Made by a program: the position numbers and the translations under genes. A stretch of 64,000 bases of DNA. It comes from an uncultured Actinomycetota bacterium (GTDB taxonomy: Bacteria; Actinomycetota; Actinomycetes; JAHEKZ01). Shown here piece by piece: positions 9,907 to 18,772 of the stretch (the stretch's first letter is position 1; each line of letters opens with the position of its first letter). The notes under the pieces are model-generated. The model saw only the letters and a list, made by a program, of their open reading frames with translations, was not told where the DNA came from and ran no database searches. The stretch covers positions 2,877,647-2,941,646 of the forward strand of contig CAWHIJ010000003.1 in assembly GCA_963829525.1 (NCBI GenBank), written 5' to 3'.

Positions 9907-10454
9907 CTGCGCGCGTGGTGCTGCTCAACGGCGCTGGGAGCGTCGGAAAGACGACCATCGCGCGCGAGTTGCAGTCCATCAGTCGTGAACCGTTCCTTCA
10001 CGTTCCTATGGACGCCTTTCTGGAGATGCTTCCTCAGCAGTCATTCGACACTCCCGATGGTCTGACCTTCGAAACAATCAACGAGGAAGGGCACCCGTCA
10101 GTCGTCATCCACTCGGGGCCACTGGCCTCGCGCACGTTCAGCGGCATGCGCCATGCGGTCGCCGCGATGGCAGCGCTCAACAACAACATGATCGTGGACG
10201 ACGTGCTGCTTCCCGCCGAACTCGACGAGTACCGCGAACTGCTCCAGCCCTTTCATCTCTCGGTGGTGGGCCTTTTCGCCCCACTAGAGGTCCTGGAACA
10301 ACGTGAGCGGGAACGCGGTGATCGCCTACAAGGGCTAGCTCGATGGCAACACCGCCGCGTGCACGAAGGCGTGGGCTACGACCTCAGCATTGACACAGAA
10401 CTTCGGAACGCTGCAGAGTGCGCGCAGCTAATCAAGGCCGCCCTCGATCTCTAG
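9903..10454 (+). CDS. Chloramphenicol phosphotransferase-like P-loop kinase
   Basis: LLNGAGSVGKTTIARELQ...IVDDV...RERERGDRLQGLARWQ...YDLSIDT. Confidence 0.85.
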   Translation: MTARVVLLNGAGSVGKTTIARELQSISREPFLHVPMDAFLEMLPQQSFDTPDGLTFETINEEGHPSVVIHSGPLASRTFSGMRHAVAAMAALNNNMIVDDVLLPAELDEYRELLQPFHLSVVGLFAPLEVLEQRERERGDRLQGLARWQHRRVHEGVGYDLSIDTELRNAAECAQLIKAALDL

Positions 10455-10485
10455 CCACACCAACTGCCGGCCGGAGCGAGCAGCG

Positions 10486-11139
10486 TTACGCCGCGCGCAA
10501 CTGGGCGGAGTACTGCTGCCAGCCAGGTTCGCCCATGGTGGTCCACAGCTCCCGAACAGGCGGCGGAAGCGGAGCCAGCATGAAGGCCCGCTCATCGTCG
10601 TCCAACGGTTCGAGGAGCATGCCGAACACAAGGAAGATCTGATCCTGGGGAATCGACCCGCGCGCATGCTCACCAATAGCGTTCCACTCCTCCTGCGTCA
10701 TCGTCACGGCTGCGAGCGGGACGACCAGACGCTCTTCGTCGTCGAGGTGAGCGCTCAGTACCACTGTGAGGTTCTCCAGCGCGTCGGCCAATGCGTCTCG
10801 CGCCGCCGCGTCTGGGCTCACACGCCAGGCCTCCAACAGCTCACGGATGTGACCGATCGACGAGTCGACGGCGGTGTGCTGGTCAGCCACCTCACGAACC
10901 ATGTCCGCTTCAGCTGGCGCACGCTCTGTGAGCACGGGCCACAGCATGAGGTCCTCACCGTGGTGGTGGTGGTGCAGCAGGTCCAGGGTGAGCGCTATGT
11001 GGTCGGCCAGGAACGTGACGCGCGCGGGGGTTGGGTCGTTCGCTGCTCGGACCAGCCTCGCCGACTCGTCAAACGTCGTACGAAGGGTGCGATGCACGAT
11101 GGCCATGTCGCGGACCTCGATGGGTGTTGGGGCAGTCAT
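10486..11139 (-). CDS. Hemerythrin-domain protein
   Basis: MAIVHRTLR; LHHHHHGEDLMLWP; QH; HLDDEE motifs. Confidence 0.88.
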   Translation of the reverse strand: MTAPTPIEVRDMAIVHRTLRTTFDESARLVRAANDPTPARVTFLADHIALTLDLLHHHHHGEDLMLWPVLTERAPAEADMVREVADQHTAVDSSIGHIRELLEAWRVSPDAAARDALADALENLTVVLSAHLDDEERLVVPLAAVTMTQEEWNAIGEHARGSIPQDQIFLVFGMLLEPLDDDERAFMLAPLPPPVRELWTTMGEPGWQQYSAQLRAA

Positions 11140-11245
11140 GACTGGGCCTCCTGGGATTCATGGGGGAACTCCAGGTCGGAGGCTAGCCACGTCACAATCT
11201 GGGTCGCAAGGGCTCTCGACGCGGAAGACGTGGTTGGCTCTCGGC

Positions 11246-11977
11246 ATGGGACATGACCACGGCCGCACCGAACGCCTCGACCTTGCTGACGCGACAGTGC
11301 GCGAGTGGGACGCCGTTGTGCTCGACGTCGACGAGGACGGTCTGGTGCTTGACCGGTCAGCGTTCTACCCGGGCGGGGGCGGGCAGCCGCCAGACCACGG
11401 CGTCCTGCTGTGGGGTGGGGTCGAGACCCGCATCGTCGGGGCGCGGCGCGGCGACGACATCCGGTTGATCTGGGCTGACGGCGATCCGGTCCCTGCCGTC
11501 GGCACGGCAGTGCGGGGCGCGATCGAGGACGCCAGACGGTCGGCGCTGATGCGCACGCACTCCGGACTGCACCTGCTGTCAGGGGTGGTGTTCCGCGAGT
11601 ACGGCTGCCTCGTGACCGGCGGCAACATGGAGCCGCTCGAGGCGCGCATGGACTTTGCGCTACCCGAGGTTCCTGAAGGCTTCAAGGAACGCGTAGCTGA
11701 GGCGTGTGCCGTCGAGATCGCCGCCGACCGCGCGATCGAAGTGAAGAACCTTCCACGCGATGAAGCCTTCGCCATCCCCGACATCATCCGTACCGCGACG
11801 AATCTCTTGCCACCCGACCTGGAGATCGTCCGGATCGTCGACATCGTAGGCCTCGACACCCAAGCCGACGGTGGTACACACGTGGCCTCGACGCGTCAGA
11901 TCGGTGGGCTGCAGGTGGTCAAGGTCGAGAACAAGGGCAAAGGCTTCCGCCGACTGCGGATTCGCCTTACCGACTGA
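11246..11977 (+). CDS. alaX: Alanyl-tRNA editing protein (AlaX)
   Basis: SAFYPGGGGQPPDHG; MRTHSGLHLL; QADGGTHVAST; VENKGKGFRRLRI. Confidence 0.92.
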   Translation: MGHDHGRTERLDLADATVREWDAVVLDVDEDGLVLDRSAFYPGGGGQPPDHGVLLWGGVETRIVGARRGDDIRLIWADGDPVPAVGTAVRGAIEDARRSALMRTHSGLHLLSGVVFREYGCLVTGGNMEPLEARMDFALPEVPEGFKERVAEACAVEIAADRAIEVKNLPRDEAFAIPDIIRTATNLLPPDLEIVRIVDIVGLDTQADGGTHVASTRQIGGLQVVKVENKGKGFRRLRIRLTD

Positions 11978-12454
11978 CTACAGGTCCAGCGCGAGCACCA
12001 GCTCGCCTTCATGCACCTCGCCGGTGAGCCGAAAACCCTGGCGCTCATAGAAGCCGGCGGGTGACTCGGGGCCTTGCCCCGCTGACGTCAGGAGCACGCG
12101 GGCGTCCGGCCGGGTCCGCACATGGTCGACCACCAGCCGCAGGGCTGCCGCGCCGAAGCCGCGCCCCTGATACCGATGGTCGATGAGCAGCCGCCACAAG
12201 AAGTAGGGACCGAGGTACTCGGGGTTCATCGCGGTGATTCCGTCACTGATCATCACGAACCCCACCGGCTCGTCGACGGCGTACACGGCGCGGTACCACG
12301 GGCAGGCGTCTGGAGTCTCCGCCGCATCGACCAGCGACTGCGCGACCCCGCTGACGTACTCGGTCTGAGACTCGGTGACCGAAAGCGCCTCGACGGCGGG
12401 CCGGTTCTCGCTCGTGATCTCGCGCAGGTGCACGACCAGAGTTGGCGACGTCAT
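11978..12454 (-). CDS. GNAT acetyltransferase (diamine N-acetyltransferase-like)
   Basis: LREITSEN...VGFVM...FLWRLLIDHRYQGRGFG...FYERQGF. Confidence 0.88.
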   Translation of the reverse strand: MTSPTLVVHLREITSENRPAVEALSVTESQTEYVSGVAQSLVDAAETPDACPWYRAVYAVDEPVGFVMISDGITAMNPEYLGPYFLWRLLIDHRYQGRGFGAAALRLVVDHVRTRPDARVLLTSAGQGPESPAGFYERQGFRLTGEVHEGELVLALDL

Positions 12455-12541
12455 GGGTACATCATCGCGCCGTCCCGGTGGGACTTTCCACACCTACACG
12501 TCTCGCGAGCGTTAACGCCAGGACACGTTACGCCAGGAAGT

Positions 12542-12613
12542 CGTGATCGAAGCGTTTCAGTCGCCGGAAGTACTCGCCGGACTCCAATAAGTGACTGAAA
12601 CGCTTCGATCACG
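12542..12613. terminator. Long inverted repeat (~23-bp stem) downstream of the secreted beta-propeller gene
   Basis: CGTGATCGAAGCGTTTCAGTCGC...GTGACTGAAACGCTTCGATCACG. Confidence 0.75.
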
Positions 12614-12617
12614 TGGA

Positions 12618-13997
12618 CTACGGCAGCGGAGCGAAGGCGATGCCGAGACGGGGCTCGCCGTTGAACCGCGCGCTGTCAGACGCCACCCAGAGGCCGGTGG
12701 AGGTAGCCAGCATGTCCTTACCACCTCGCTGTGCGGGCTTCCTCGGGTTCCAGGGCAGTGCCTTACCGCTCACCGGGTCGATGGCACCGATTCCCTTCCT
12801 CGATGCGCAGACCTGACCGTCGGGACAACGGCTTGCCCAGCCTTGGGGATTGTCCAGCCACTGGAAGTGACCCTGCACATAGACAGCAGCACCCGTGTCA
12901 GCAACGTCCCAGATCGTGTCGCCGCCGGTGTAGTTGACCCAAACCGGCTTCTGGTCGTTGGCCATCGAGAAGCGACCAGCACCGTCGCACACCGTGTGGT
13001 AGGTCGAACTTCCGGTGGGCCAGATGTCAGCTTTGGTTGCCGGGATCTGGCCCGTGGCTGCCACCGAGAAGAACTGGCCGTTGGGGGAGAAGTCCACCCC
13101 CCAGATGTACGCGATGCGATTGCCCTGAGTCGACGAGCAGCTCTTGGCGAATCCTGGGTAGTACCAGGCGTTGAGCGATGCTCCGCCGGCGTTCAGATCA
13201 GCGACGAAGACGCGCGACCTGGCCTGACCTGACACCGTCCGGAAGTTTCCGGTTGCCACAAGCTTCTGCTGCGCGGGATCAATCGCGATTCTGTGCACCG
13301 ACAGGGGCTCACTTGCTCCCGGGATGGGATCCGCAATCGACAAATTGATGTAGCCGGTGTTCGCCCCGGTGTTGGGGTTGAGCGCAATCAACTGGCCCGG
13401 GATTTCTCCGGCTACGAGGAGCTTTGCGTCAGCGCCACTTCCCAACAGCAGGAGGTCGTTCACGCGGCCGCTAAGCCTCGCGTTGAAGGCGGTGTCCACT
13501 GCCCCGGTCACTGGATTGATCTTGGCAACACCCCCTCGAACCACGCCCCCGATGTTGCCGAACGTGCCACCGACGTACAGCGACCCGTTACCGGCCTCGA
13601 CGGCGAGGACGTTGCCGCTGACCGGTGTGGCGAAGCTTCGACTGATCGCACCGGTCGCCGCATCGAAGGCCATGATGTTCTTGCGGTCGAAGGTGGCGCC
13701 GTCTGCTTCCTTTACCTGAGTAAAGAGGCCACCCGCATACATGGTGGAACCAAGCTGAGCGACGGCGTCTACCCGCGGGCGGTCGACCGTTGAGGTCGGT
13801 ACCAGAACCGGCGTGTAGTTGGCCGGATTCTCCAGGACGACAGATGACTGCTGGACCTGTGAGTTCGCCACTCCGCCGCTGACCACCACGAGAGCCACGC
13901 CCAGTGCACTCGCAAACGCCGCCCTGTGACGCTTTATGAACGATCCAGGCGGCGCAGCGGTCACTCGAGCATGTCTGGAGGTCGTGCTTCTCGTCAT
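12618..13997 (-). CDS. Secreted beta-propeller protein
   Basis: Signal-like hydrophobic stretch; repeated xYxGGxF blades (MYAGGLFT, LYVGGTFG, VATGNFR, VYVQGHFQW); WNP motif; GGGAG RBS before ATG 13997. Confidence 0.7.
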   Translation of the reverse strand: MTRSTTSRHARVTAAPPGSFIKRHRAAFASALGVALVVVSGGVANSQVQQSSVVLENPANYTPVLVPTSTVDRPRVDAVAQLGSTMYAGGLFTQVKEADGATFDRKNIMAFDAATGAISRSFATPVSGNVLAVEAGNGSLYVGGTFGNIGGVVRGGVAKINPVTGAVDTAFNARLSGRVNDLLLLGSGADAKLLVAGEIPGQLIALNPNTGANTGYINLSIADPIPGASEPLSVHRIAIDPAQQKLVATGNFRTVSGQARSRVFVADLNAGGASLNAWYYPGFAKSCSSTQGNRIAYIWGVDFSPNGQFFSVAATGQIPATKADIWPTGSSTYHTVCDGAGRFSMANDQKPVWVNYTGGDTIWDVADTGAAVYVQGHFQWLDNPQGWASRCPDGQVCASRKGIGAIDPVSGKALPWNPRKPAQRGGKDMLATSTGLWVASDSARFNGEPRLGIAFAPLP

Positions 13998-14225
13998 CAG
14001 GTGTTCTCCCCTTGGCAGTGATATCTGAATCGCGGTCTGCGACACCGAAGGGCAGCATACGTCTCGGCTTCCGCGTCGCGGGCGCCTATGCAGAGACGTC
14101 CGCAAAATGGGCCGAACGGCCCCCCCTGCAAGGCAATCGGCGACACAATCCGTTACGAGATGTTGCCTTGTGTGATGTCCTATTTGCGGCTTCACCCAAC
14201 TGCATTCGTCCAGCAACCACCCATG

Positions 14226-15014
14226 TCAGCGCGGCGCGTTGAGGAAGCCAGAGACGGTCGCGCGGAGCGCCGAGCGCCCACCCCAGATCCAGGGGATGTC
14301 ACTTATTTCAAGGCGCGCCTGGGGAATCGCGGCCGCCAGCTTCTCGGCCGCCAAGACGGGGTGCATGGCGTCGTCCCGCTGAGCCAAGACCAGCACGGAA
14401 GCGGTGACGGCGCTGAGCGCGTCCAGGGATGGGAGCACCTGCTGGCGTGGCAGGTGGCGCAACGCGCCAGAAACTGCGCTTCCCCCCAGGTCGGCAGCGT
14501 GGCGCCGCGCCCAGAGACGGACGTCGCTACGGCCGCGCGCTGCCTCTGGTTGCATTCGCATCAAGGCGGCGCCGATTCCGATGGGGTCGTTCGCATCGAC
14601 GGCGTCGGCGAGCTCGTCGGTGACGGCAAGCAGCGCGGCGTCGCGTTCGGCGGGTATCGGTCCGGGCAGTGCCAACACGGCGCGCTGGAAGCGAGCGGGC
14701 TCGTCGGCGAGCAGCCGCACCAGCGCCGCGGCACCGAGTGAGACCCCGAGCGCCTGCGTCGCTCCAACTGCGTCGGCGACCATGCGTACGTCAGCGGTCA
14801 GTCCCTCATATGTCCAGCCGTCAGCGGTCGTCGGCGCCTGCGAGCCCCCGTTCCCGCGTAGGTCAACGAAGACGCGGGTGCCCTCGACAGCACTGCCGAA
14901 CGGTCGGGTGTCGGCGATGCTCTGCGCCAGACCGGGAACGAAAAGGGTGGTTGGGTGGCCAGTTCCGGTGACGACGTGGTGCAGCGGCCCAACAGGGCCA
15001 TCGATCAGCGGCAC
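14226..15014 (-). CDS. Alpha/beta hydrolase
   Basis: GVSLGAAAL nucleophile elbow; IADTRPFGSAVEG motif of the actinobacterial family found next to DUF2516. Confidence 0.85.
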   Translation of the reverse strand: MPLIDGPVGPLHHVVTGTGHPTTLFVPGLAQSIADTRPFGSAVEGTRVFVDLRGNGGSQAPTTADGWTYEGLTADVRMVADAVGATQALGVSLGAAALVRLLADEPARFQRAVLALPGPIPAERDAALLAVTDELADAVDANDPIGIGAALMRMQPEAARGRSDVRLWARRHAADLGGSAVSGALRHLPRQQVLPSLDALSAVTASVLVLAQRDDAMHPVLAAEKLAAAIPQARLEISDIPWIWGGRSALRATVSGFLNAPR

Positions 15015-15016
15015 GG

Positions 15017-15343
15017 CTACCAGGACGAAGTGCGCGGCGGACGCCCCCCGGACGTCCCGCGGACGGCTGGCCGGACATCAACCAGGTAGACCAAGGCGGC
15101 AACGAGGGCTGGAATGCCGAAGAACGACAGCAGGCCAAAGAAGAACGGAAACAGCACCAGGGCAGCGACGCCGGTGATGGATGCCCAGATCGGTTTCGTC
15201 AGCTTTCCCGCCGCGACAAAGGCAGCGGTGGGGCGAATGAGGGCATCGACGAAGGTGAACGCCGCCAGCGCGAAAGCGGCGAACGACAGCACGAGGATGA
15301 GGAGCGTTATCAGACTCACCCCCACAAGGTACGGGGTCACCAC
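15017..15343 (-). CDS. DUF2516 family membrane protein (Rv0476-like)
   Basis: DALIRPTAAFVAAGKLTKPIW...VYLVDVRPAVR. Confidence 0.9.
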   Translation of the reverse strand: MVTPYLVGVSLITLLILVLSFAAFALAAFTFVDALIRPTAAFVAAGKLTKPIWASITGVAALVLFPFFFGLLSFFGIPALVAALVYLVDVRPAVRGTSGGRPPRTSSW

Positions 15344-15358
15344 TGCGCCGGCGCAGTA

Positions 15359-15402
15359 AGGAGCCCGCCGCGCTGGAGGGGGAAAGGGCGCGGCGGGCTC
15401 CT
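15359..15402 (-). terminator. 15-bp perfect hairpin with a C-rich loop after the HBHA-like gene
   Basis: AGGAGCCCGCCGCGC / GCGCGGCGGGCTCCT; loop on the transcribed strand CCUUUCCCCCUCCA. Confidence 0.75.
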
Positions 15403-15442
15403 GCAGCGTTCTGGTCAGGTACTGACCGAGCGCTGGTCTTGG

Positions 15443-16004
15443 TCAGGCTTCGGGATCAGCCTTGGGTGCAGCGGCCTTCTTGGTGGGCTTGGCTACGGTC
15501 TTCTTGGCGGCCGGCGCCTCGTCAGCCTTGGCTGGGGGCCGGAGGCTGGGCGACGACAGTGGCGTCATCGGCGACAGCGTCGGACCACTCCGAGCTACGC
15601 GCCTTGGTCACCACAGACTCACCGCGAGCCACGAGCGACTCGTAGGCCTCCTGGCCCTTGGCCGCCCACAGCAGACCGGTCGAGGTGAGCGCGGCAGCAT
15701 CGATGTTGCGCGGGTCGATCTTGGCGACGTCGATCTTGCGTGGATCGAACCTGCCGAGGTCGAGAGCCGAGACGTCGATGCGCACCTCTTTGTCACGCAG
15801 ATCGAGGTTGCTGGTGTCGACGTTGCTCAGCTTCGCCTGCAAGTCGCGGGCAGCCTCGACGGCAACGTCGCCGGCGCCGACGAGCGCGAGCACGGGGCCA
15901 GGGACGTCAGGCAAGTCGGCAAGCGACGAGAGGGAGGGCATCGTGGGCATGGCCGGCTTGGCGGGCATCGACGGTCGGGGCGGAAGGGGGGGCAGGGTGG
16001 GCAT
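15443..16004 (-). CDS. HBHA/TadA-like protein (Rv0475 position); one frameshift near 15535
   Basis: ALVGAGDVAVE and YESLVARGESVV motifs. Removing one C from a CCCCC run restores the tail PAKADEAPAAKKTVAKPTKKAAAPKADPEA*. Lies between XRE and DUF2516. Confidence 0.75.
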
Positions 16005-16021
16005 GAAAGGAGCCTCTCGGT

Positions 16022-16720
16022 TTAGCTGGCCGACCGCGGCGCGGCCGGTCGGGTGGACTTCTTGGTCGGGGATTTCTTGGTGGATCGCTTCGCCGTCGTT
16101 CCGGCGGAAGTCTTCGTGGCCTTACTGGCCTTACTGGCCCTGCTGGACTTAGCAGCCTGCTTGGTGGCCTTCTTCGTCGCCCGCTTCGTGGTCTTCTTGG
16201 TGATCTTCTTCGCCGTCTTCTTCGCCGGAGGAGTCGCGACCGGGGCCTGCTCTGCCACCGCAGCCGCCAGTGCCTCGTTCTCGACCAGGAAGGACGCGTA
16301 GATGTCGAGCAGCACGCGCTTCTGCCGCTCGGTGATTGCCACGTCCGACATCAGCGCTGCCTCGACCGCCTGCGAAGTGCCGCGGTCCTCGAGCAGTCCG
16401 GCCTGCACGTAGAGCTGCTCAGCAGAGATGCGCAGCGCCTTGGCCAGCTGCTGCAGGATCTCAGCGCTCGGCCGGCGCAGGCCGCGCTCGACCTGGCTCA
16501 GATACGGATTGGAGACACCGGCTTCCTCGGCAAGACGCCGAAGCGAGAGTTTGGCACTCTGCCGCTGCTCCTTGAGGAAGTCTCCGATGTCGGCTCCAGA
16601 GGGGATCGCCCCGGGAAGGGCTGACGAGATCACAGAGGAGGCGGCTGACGCAGCCGAGTGGGCGCCACCGATTGCCGGACCGAGCGACGAACCGAGCGAA
16701 GGGGGAAGAGGAGCGGCCAT
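16022..16720 (-). CDS. XRE-family HTH regulator (Rv0474-like) with Lys-rich tail
   Basis: IGDFLKEQRQSAKLSLRRLAEEAGVSNPYLSQVERGLRRPSAEILQQLAKALRISAE. Confidence 0.92.
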   Translation of the reverse strand: MAAPLPPSLGSSLGPAIGGAHSAASAASSVISSALPGAIPSGADIGDFLKEQRQSAKLSLRRLAEEAGVSNPYLSQVERGLRRPSAEILQQLAKALRISAEQLYVQAGLLEDRGTSQAVEAALMSDVAITERQKRVLLDIYASFLVENEALAAAVAEQAPVATPPAKKTAKKITKKTTKRATKKATKQAAKSSRASKASKATKTSAGTTAKRSTKKSPTKKSTRPAAPRSAS

Positions 16721-16740
16721 GGGCCAAGCCTAGGCGCGGG

Positions 16741-16758
16741 TGCTAGCAAATGCAAGCA
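16741..16758. promoter_or_regulatory. Palindromic operator upstream of the XRE gene
   Basis: TGCTAGCA-AA-TGCAAGCA near-palindrome just upstream of a TAGGCT -10 element. Confidence 0.55.
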
Positions 16759-16763
16759 GCGTG

Positions 16764-17849
16764 CTAGCGCACATCGACGCCGGGGAAGAACCGCCGACGT
16801 GCCCAGAGCGAGACGTACACCAGCGCCACCAACGCCGGCACCTCGATGAGCGGACCTACCGTCCCGGCCAGTGCCTCTCCCGAGGCCACTCCGAACGTCG
16901 CGATCGACACGGCGATGGCGAGCTCGAAGTTGTTGCCAGCAGCGGTGAAGGCCAGCGTCGTCGTGCGGGTGTAGGGAAGCCCGATTCGCCACCCGAGGAA
17001 GAACGAACCCCCCCACATGATCGTGAAGTAGGCCAGCAGCGGCAGCGCGATGCGCAGGACGTCCCAGGGCTCGGCGAGGATCGTCTCCCCTTGCAGAGCG
17101 AAGAGGATCACGATGGTGAAGAGCAGGCCGTACAGCGCCAACGGGCCGATGCGCGGCAGGAACTTCTCTTCGTACCACTCGCGACCGCGTTTGGCCTCGC
17201 CGATGCGGCGCGTCAGGTATCCCAGAACCAGCGGTATGCCGAGGAAGACCAGCACCGAGATCGCGATGTCCGACGCCGAGACGTCGAGCTCCTCGCCAGC
17301 ACCGAGCCCCAGCCACTGCGGAAGGATCTCGAGGTAGAACCATGCCAGGACCGAGAACGCGAAAATCTGAAAGACCGAGTTGATGGCCACCAGCACTGCG
17401 GCGGCTTCGCGGTCGCCGCAGGCGAGGTCGTTCCAGATGAGCACCATGGCAATGCATCGCGCCAGGCCGACGATGATCAGGCCTGTTCTGTACTCCGGAA
17501 GGTCAGCAAGAAAGATCCAGGCAAGCGTGAACATCAGCGCCGGCCCGACCAGCCAGTTCAGGACTAGCGAGCTGACCAGCATGCGCCGGTCGCCGGTGAC
17601 CCGGTCAAGCTCGCCGTAGCGCACCTTGGCAAGAACGGGGTACATCATCAGCAGCAGGCCGAGTGCGATCGGTAGCGAGACGTTGCCGACCGACACGGCG
17701 TCGAGCGCATCGTTGAGACCGGGCGCCGCGCTTCCCAGCAGCAGCCCGGTGACCATTGCCAGACCGATCCAAACGGGCAGATAGCGGTTGAGCGCGGATA
17801 GCTGGTGGGCGACGTCGCGCGTTGACGGCGCTGGTGCCGCAGGGCTCAT
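16764..17849 (-). CDS. acr3: ACR3-family arsenite efflux permease
   Basis: GLLLMMYPVLAKVRY; GLARCIAMVLIWN; AAGNNFELAIAV; GPLIEVP. Confidence 0.96.
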   Translation of the reverse strand: MSPAAPAPSTRDVAHQLSALNRYLPVWIGLAMVTGLLLGSAAPGLNDALDAVSVGNVSLPIALGLLLMMYPVLAKVRYGELDRVTGDRRMLVSSLVLNWLVGPALMFTLAWIFLADLPEYRTGLIIVGLARCIAMVLIWNDLACGDREAAAVLVAINSVFQIFAFSVLAWFYLEILPQWLGLGAGEELDVSASDIAISVLVFLGIPLVLGYLTRRIGEAKRGREWYEEKFLPRIGPLALYGLLFTIVILFALQGETILAEPWDVLRIALPLLAYFTIMWGGSFFLGWRIGLPYTRTTTLAFTAAGNNFELAIAVSIATFGVASGEALAGTVGPLIEVPALVALVYVSLWARRRFFPGVDVR

Positions 17850-18205
17850 GCGCCGGCCCTCGGCTCCACCGCCAGCACCTGGCGCAACGAGGCCAGCTGC
17901 TCGGGCACCGCGCGGTAGTGCACCCAGGTGCCGTGCTTGCGCGATGTCACGAGACCGGCTTCGCGCAGCACCTTCAAGTGATGGCTGACAGTGGGCTGGC
18001 TCTTGCCGACCGGACCGGTGAGGTCACAGGCGCACACCTCGCCGGACGGTGCGGAGGCGATGATGCTCAGCAGGCGGATGCGCACCGGGTCCGAGAGCGC
18101 CTTGAACGCCTGCGCCAGCTGGGCCGCCGACGCCGCGTCGAGCGGGTTGGTGCTGAGCGGTGCGCAGCAGGGATCGTCGGTCAGGAGCGGGAGTGACGTC
18201 GTCAT
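17846..18205 (-). CDS. arsR: ArsR/SmtB repressor
   Basis: N-terminal CC; FKALSDPVRIRLL; EVCACDL; SQPTVSHHLKVL. Confidence 0.93.
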   Translation of the reverse strand: MTTSLPLLTDDPCCAPLSTNPLDAASAAQLAQAFKALSDPVRIRLLSIIASAPSGEVCACDLTGPVGKSQPTVSHHLKVLREAGLVTSRKHGTWVHYRAVPEQLASLRQVLAVEPRAGA

Positions 18206-18215
18206 GACTGCAGTC

Positions 18216-18291
18216 TATCCACGGTTGTCGATGAATGTATTGACAGCAATCAAATAATGGGTGAACATCAGTACATCGACATCCATCAATG
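18216..18291. promoter_or_regulatory. Three ArsR-type imperfect palindromes in the arsR/arsI divergent promoter
   Basis: TATCCA-N6-TCGATG (18216), TATTGA-N6-TCAAAT (18238), CATCGA-N6-TCAATG (18274). Confidence 0.6.
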
Positions 18292-18303
18292 CAAGGAGTC
18301 CCG

Positions 18304-18741
18304 ATGAACCCCCTCCCTCGCGTACAGCTCGCCCTGAACGTCAGCGATGTGGATGCCGCCGTCGACTTCTACAGCCGGCTCTTCGGCGCCGAACCGCACA
18401 AACGGCGTCCGGGATACGCCAACTTCGCGCTGGACGCCCCTCCGCTCAAGCTTGTCCTCATCGAGAACGCTGCAGCTGCCGGCGGCCTCAACCACCTTGG
18501 AGTCGAGGTCGCCGACACCGCAGGCGTGTCGGACGCCCAGAAGCGGCTCGCCGATGCGGGGCTCTCCGGACGTGAAGAGGCTGGAGTCGTCTGCTGCCAC
18601 GCCAGGCAGGACAAGGTCTGGGTGGACGACCCGGACGGCGCGTCCTGGGAGGTCTACACCGTGCTCGACGACAACCCCGAGCTCTCGATGACCATGGCAG
18701 CCGACGGGTCAGCCGGCGAGTCCGCCTGCTGCTCCGGCTGA
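18304..18741 (+). CDS. arsI: ArsI/CadI glyoxalase-family protein (C-As lyase-like)
   Basis: RVQLALNVSD...FYSRLFG...RPGYANF...PPLKLVLIE...LNHLGVEV...CCHARQDKVWV; AAGGAG RBS. Confidence 0.88.
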   Translation: MNPLPRVQLALNVSDVDAAVDFYSRLFGAEPHKRRPGYANFALDAPPLKLVLIENAAAAGGLNHLGVEVADTAGVSDAQKRLADAGLSGREEAGVVCCHARQDKVWVDDPDGASWEVYTVLDDNPELSMTMAADGSAGESACCSG

Positions 18742-18772
18742 CCCACGGCTGCCCGACCGCGGTCAGGCTTGG

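Noticed and set aside
9903-10454. Bona fide chloramphenicol resistance gene
   Set aside because: CPT-like kinases are widespread with unknown substrates; no supporting context.
10965-10985. Poly-His run as a novel metal-binding tag
   Set aside because: It is the standard hemerythrin H-x3-E helix motif.
14000-14220. Possible c-di-GMP or c-di-AMP riboswitch before the secreted beta-propeller gene
   Set aside because: Could not match the GEMM or ydaO consensus elements by eye.
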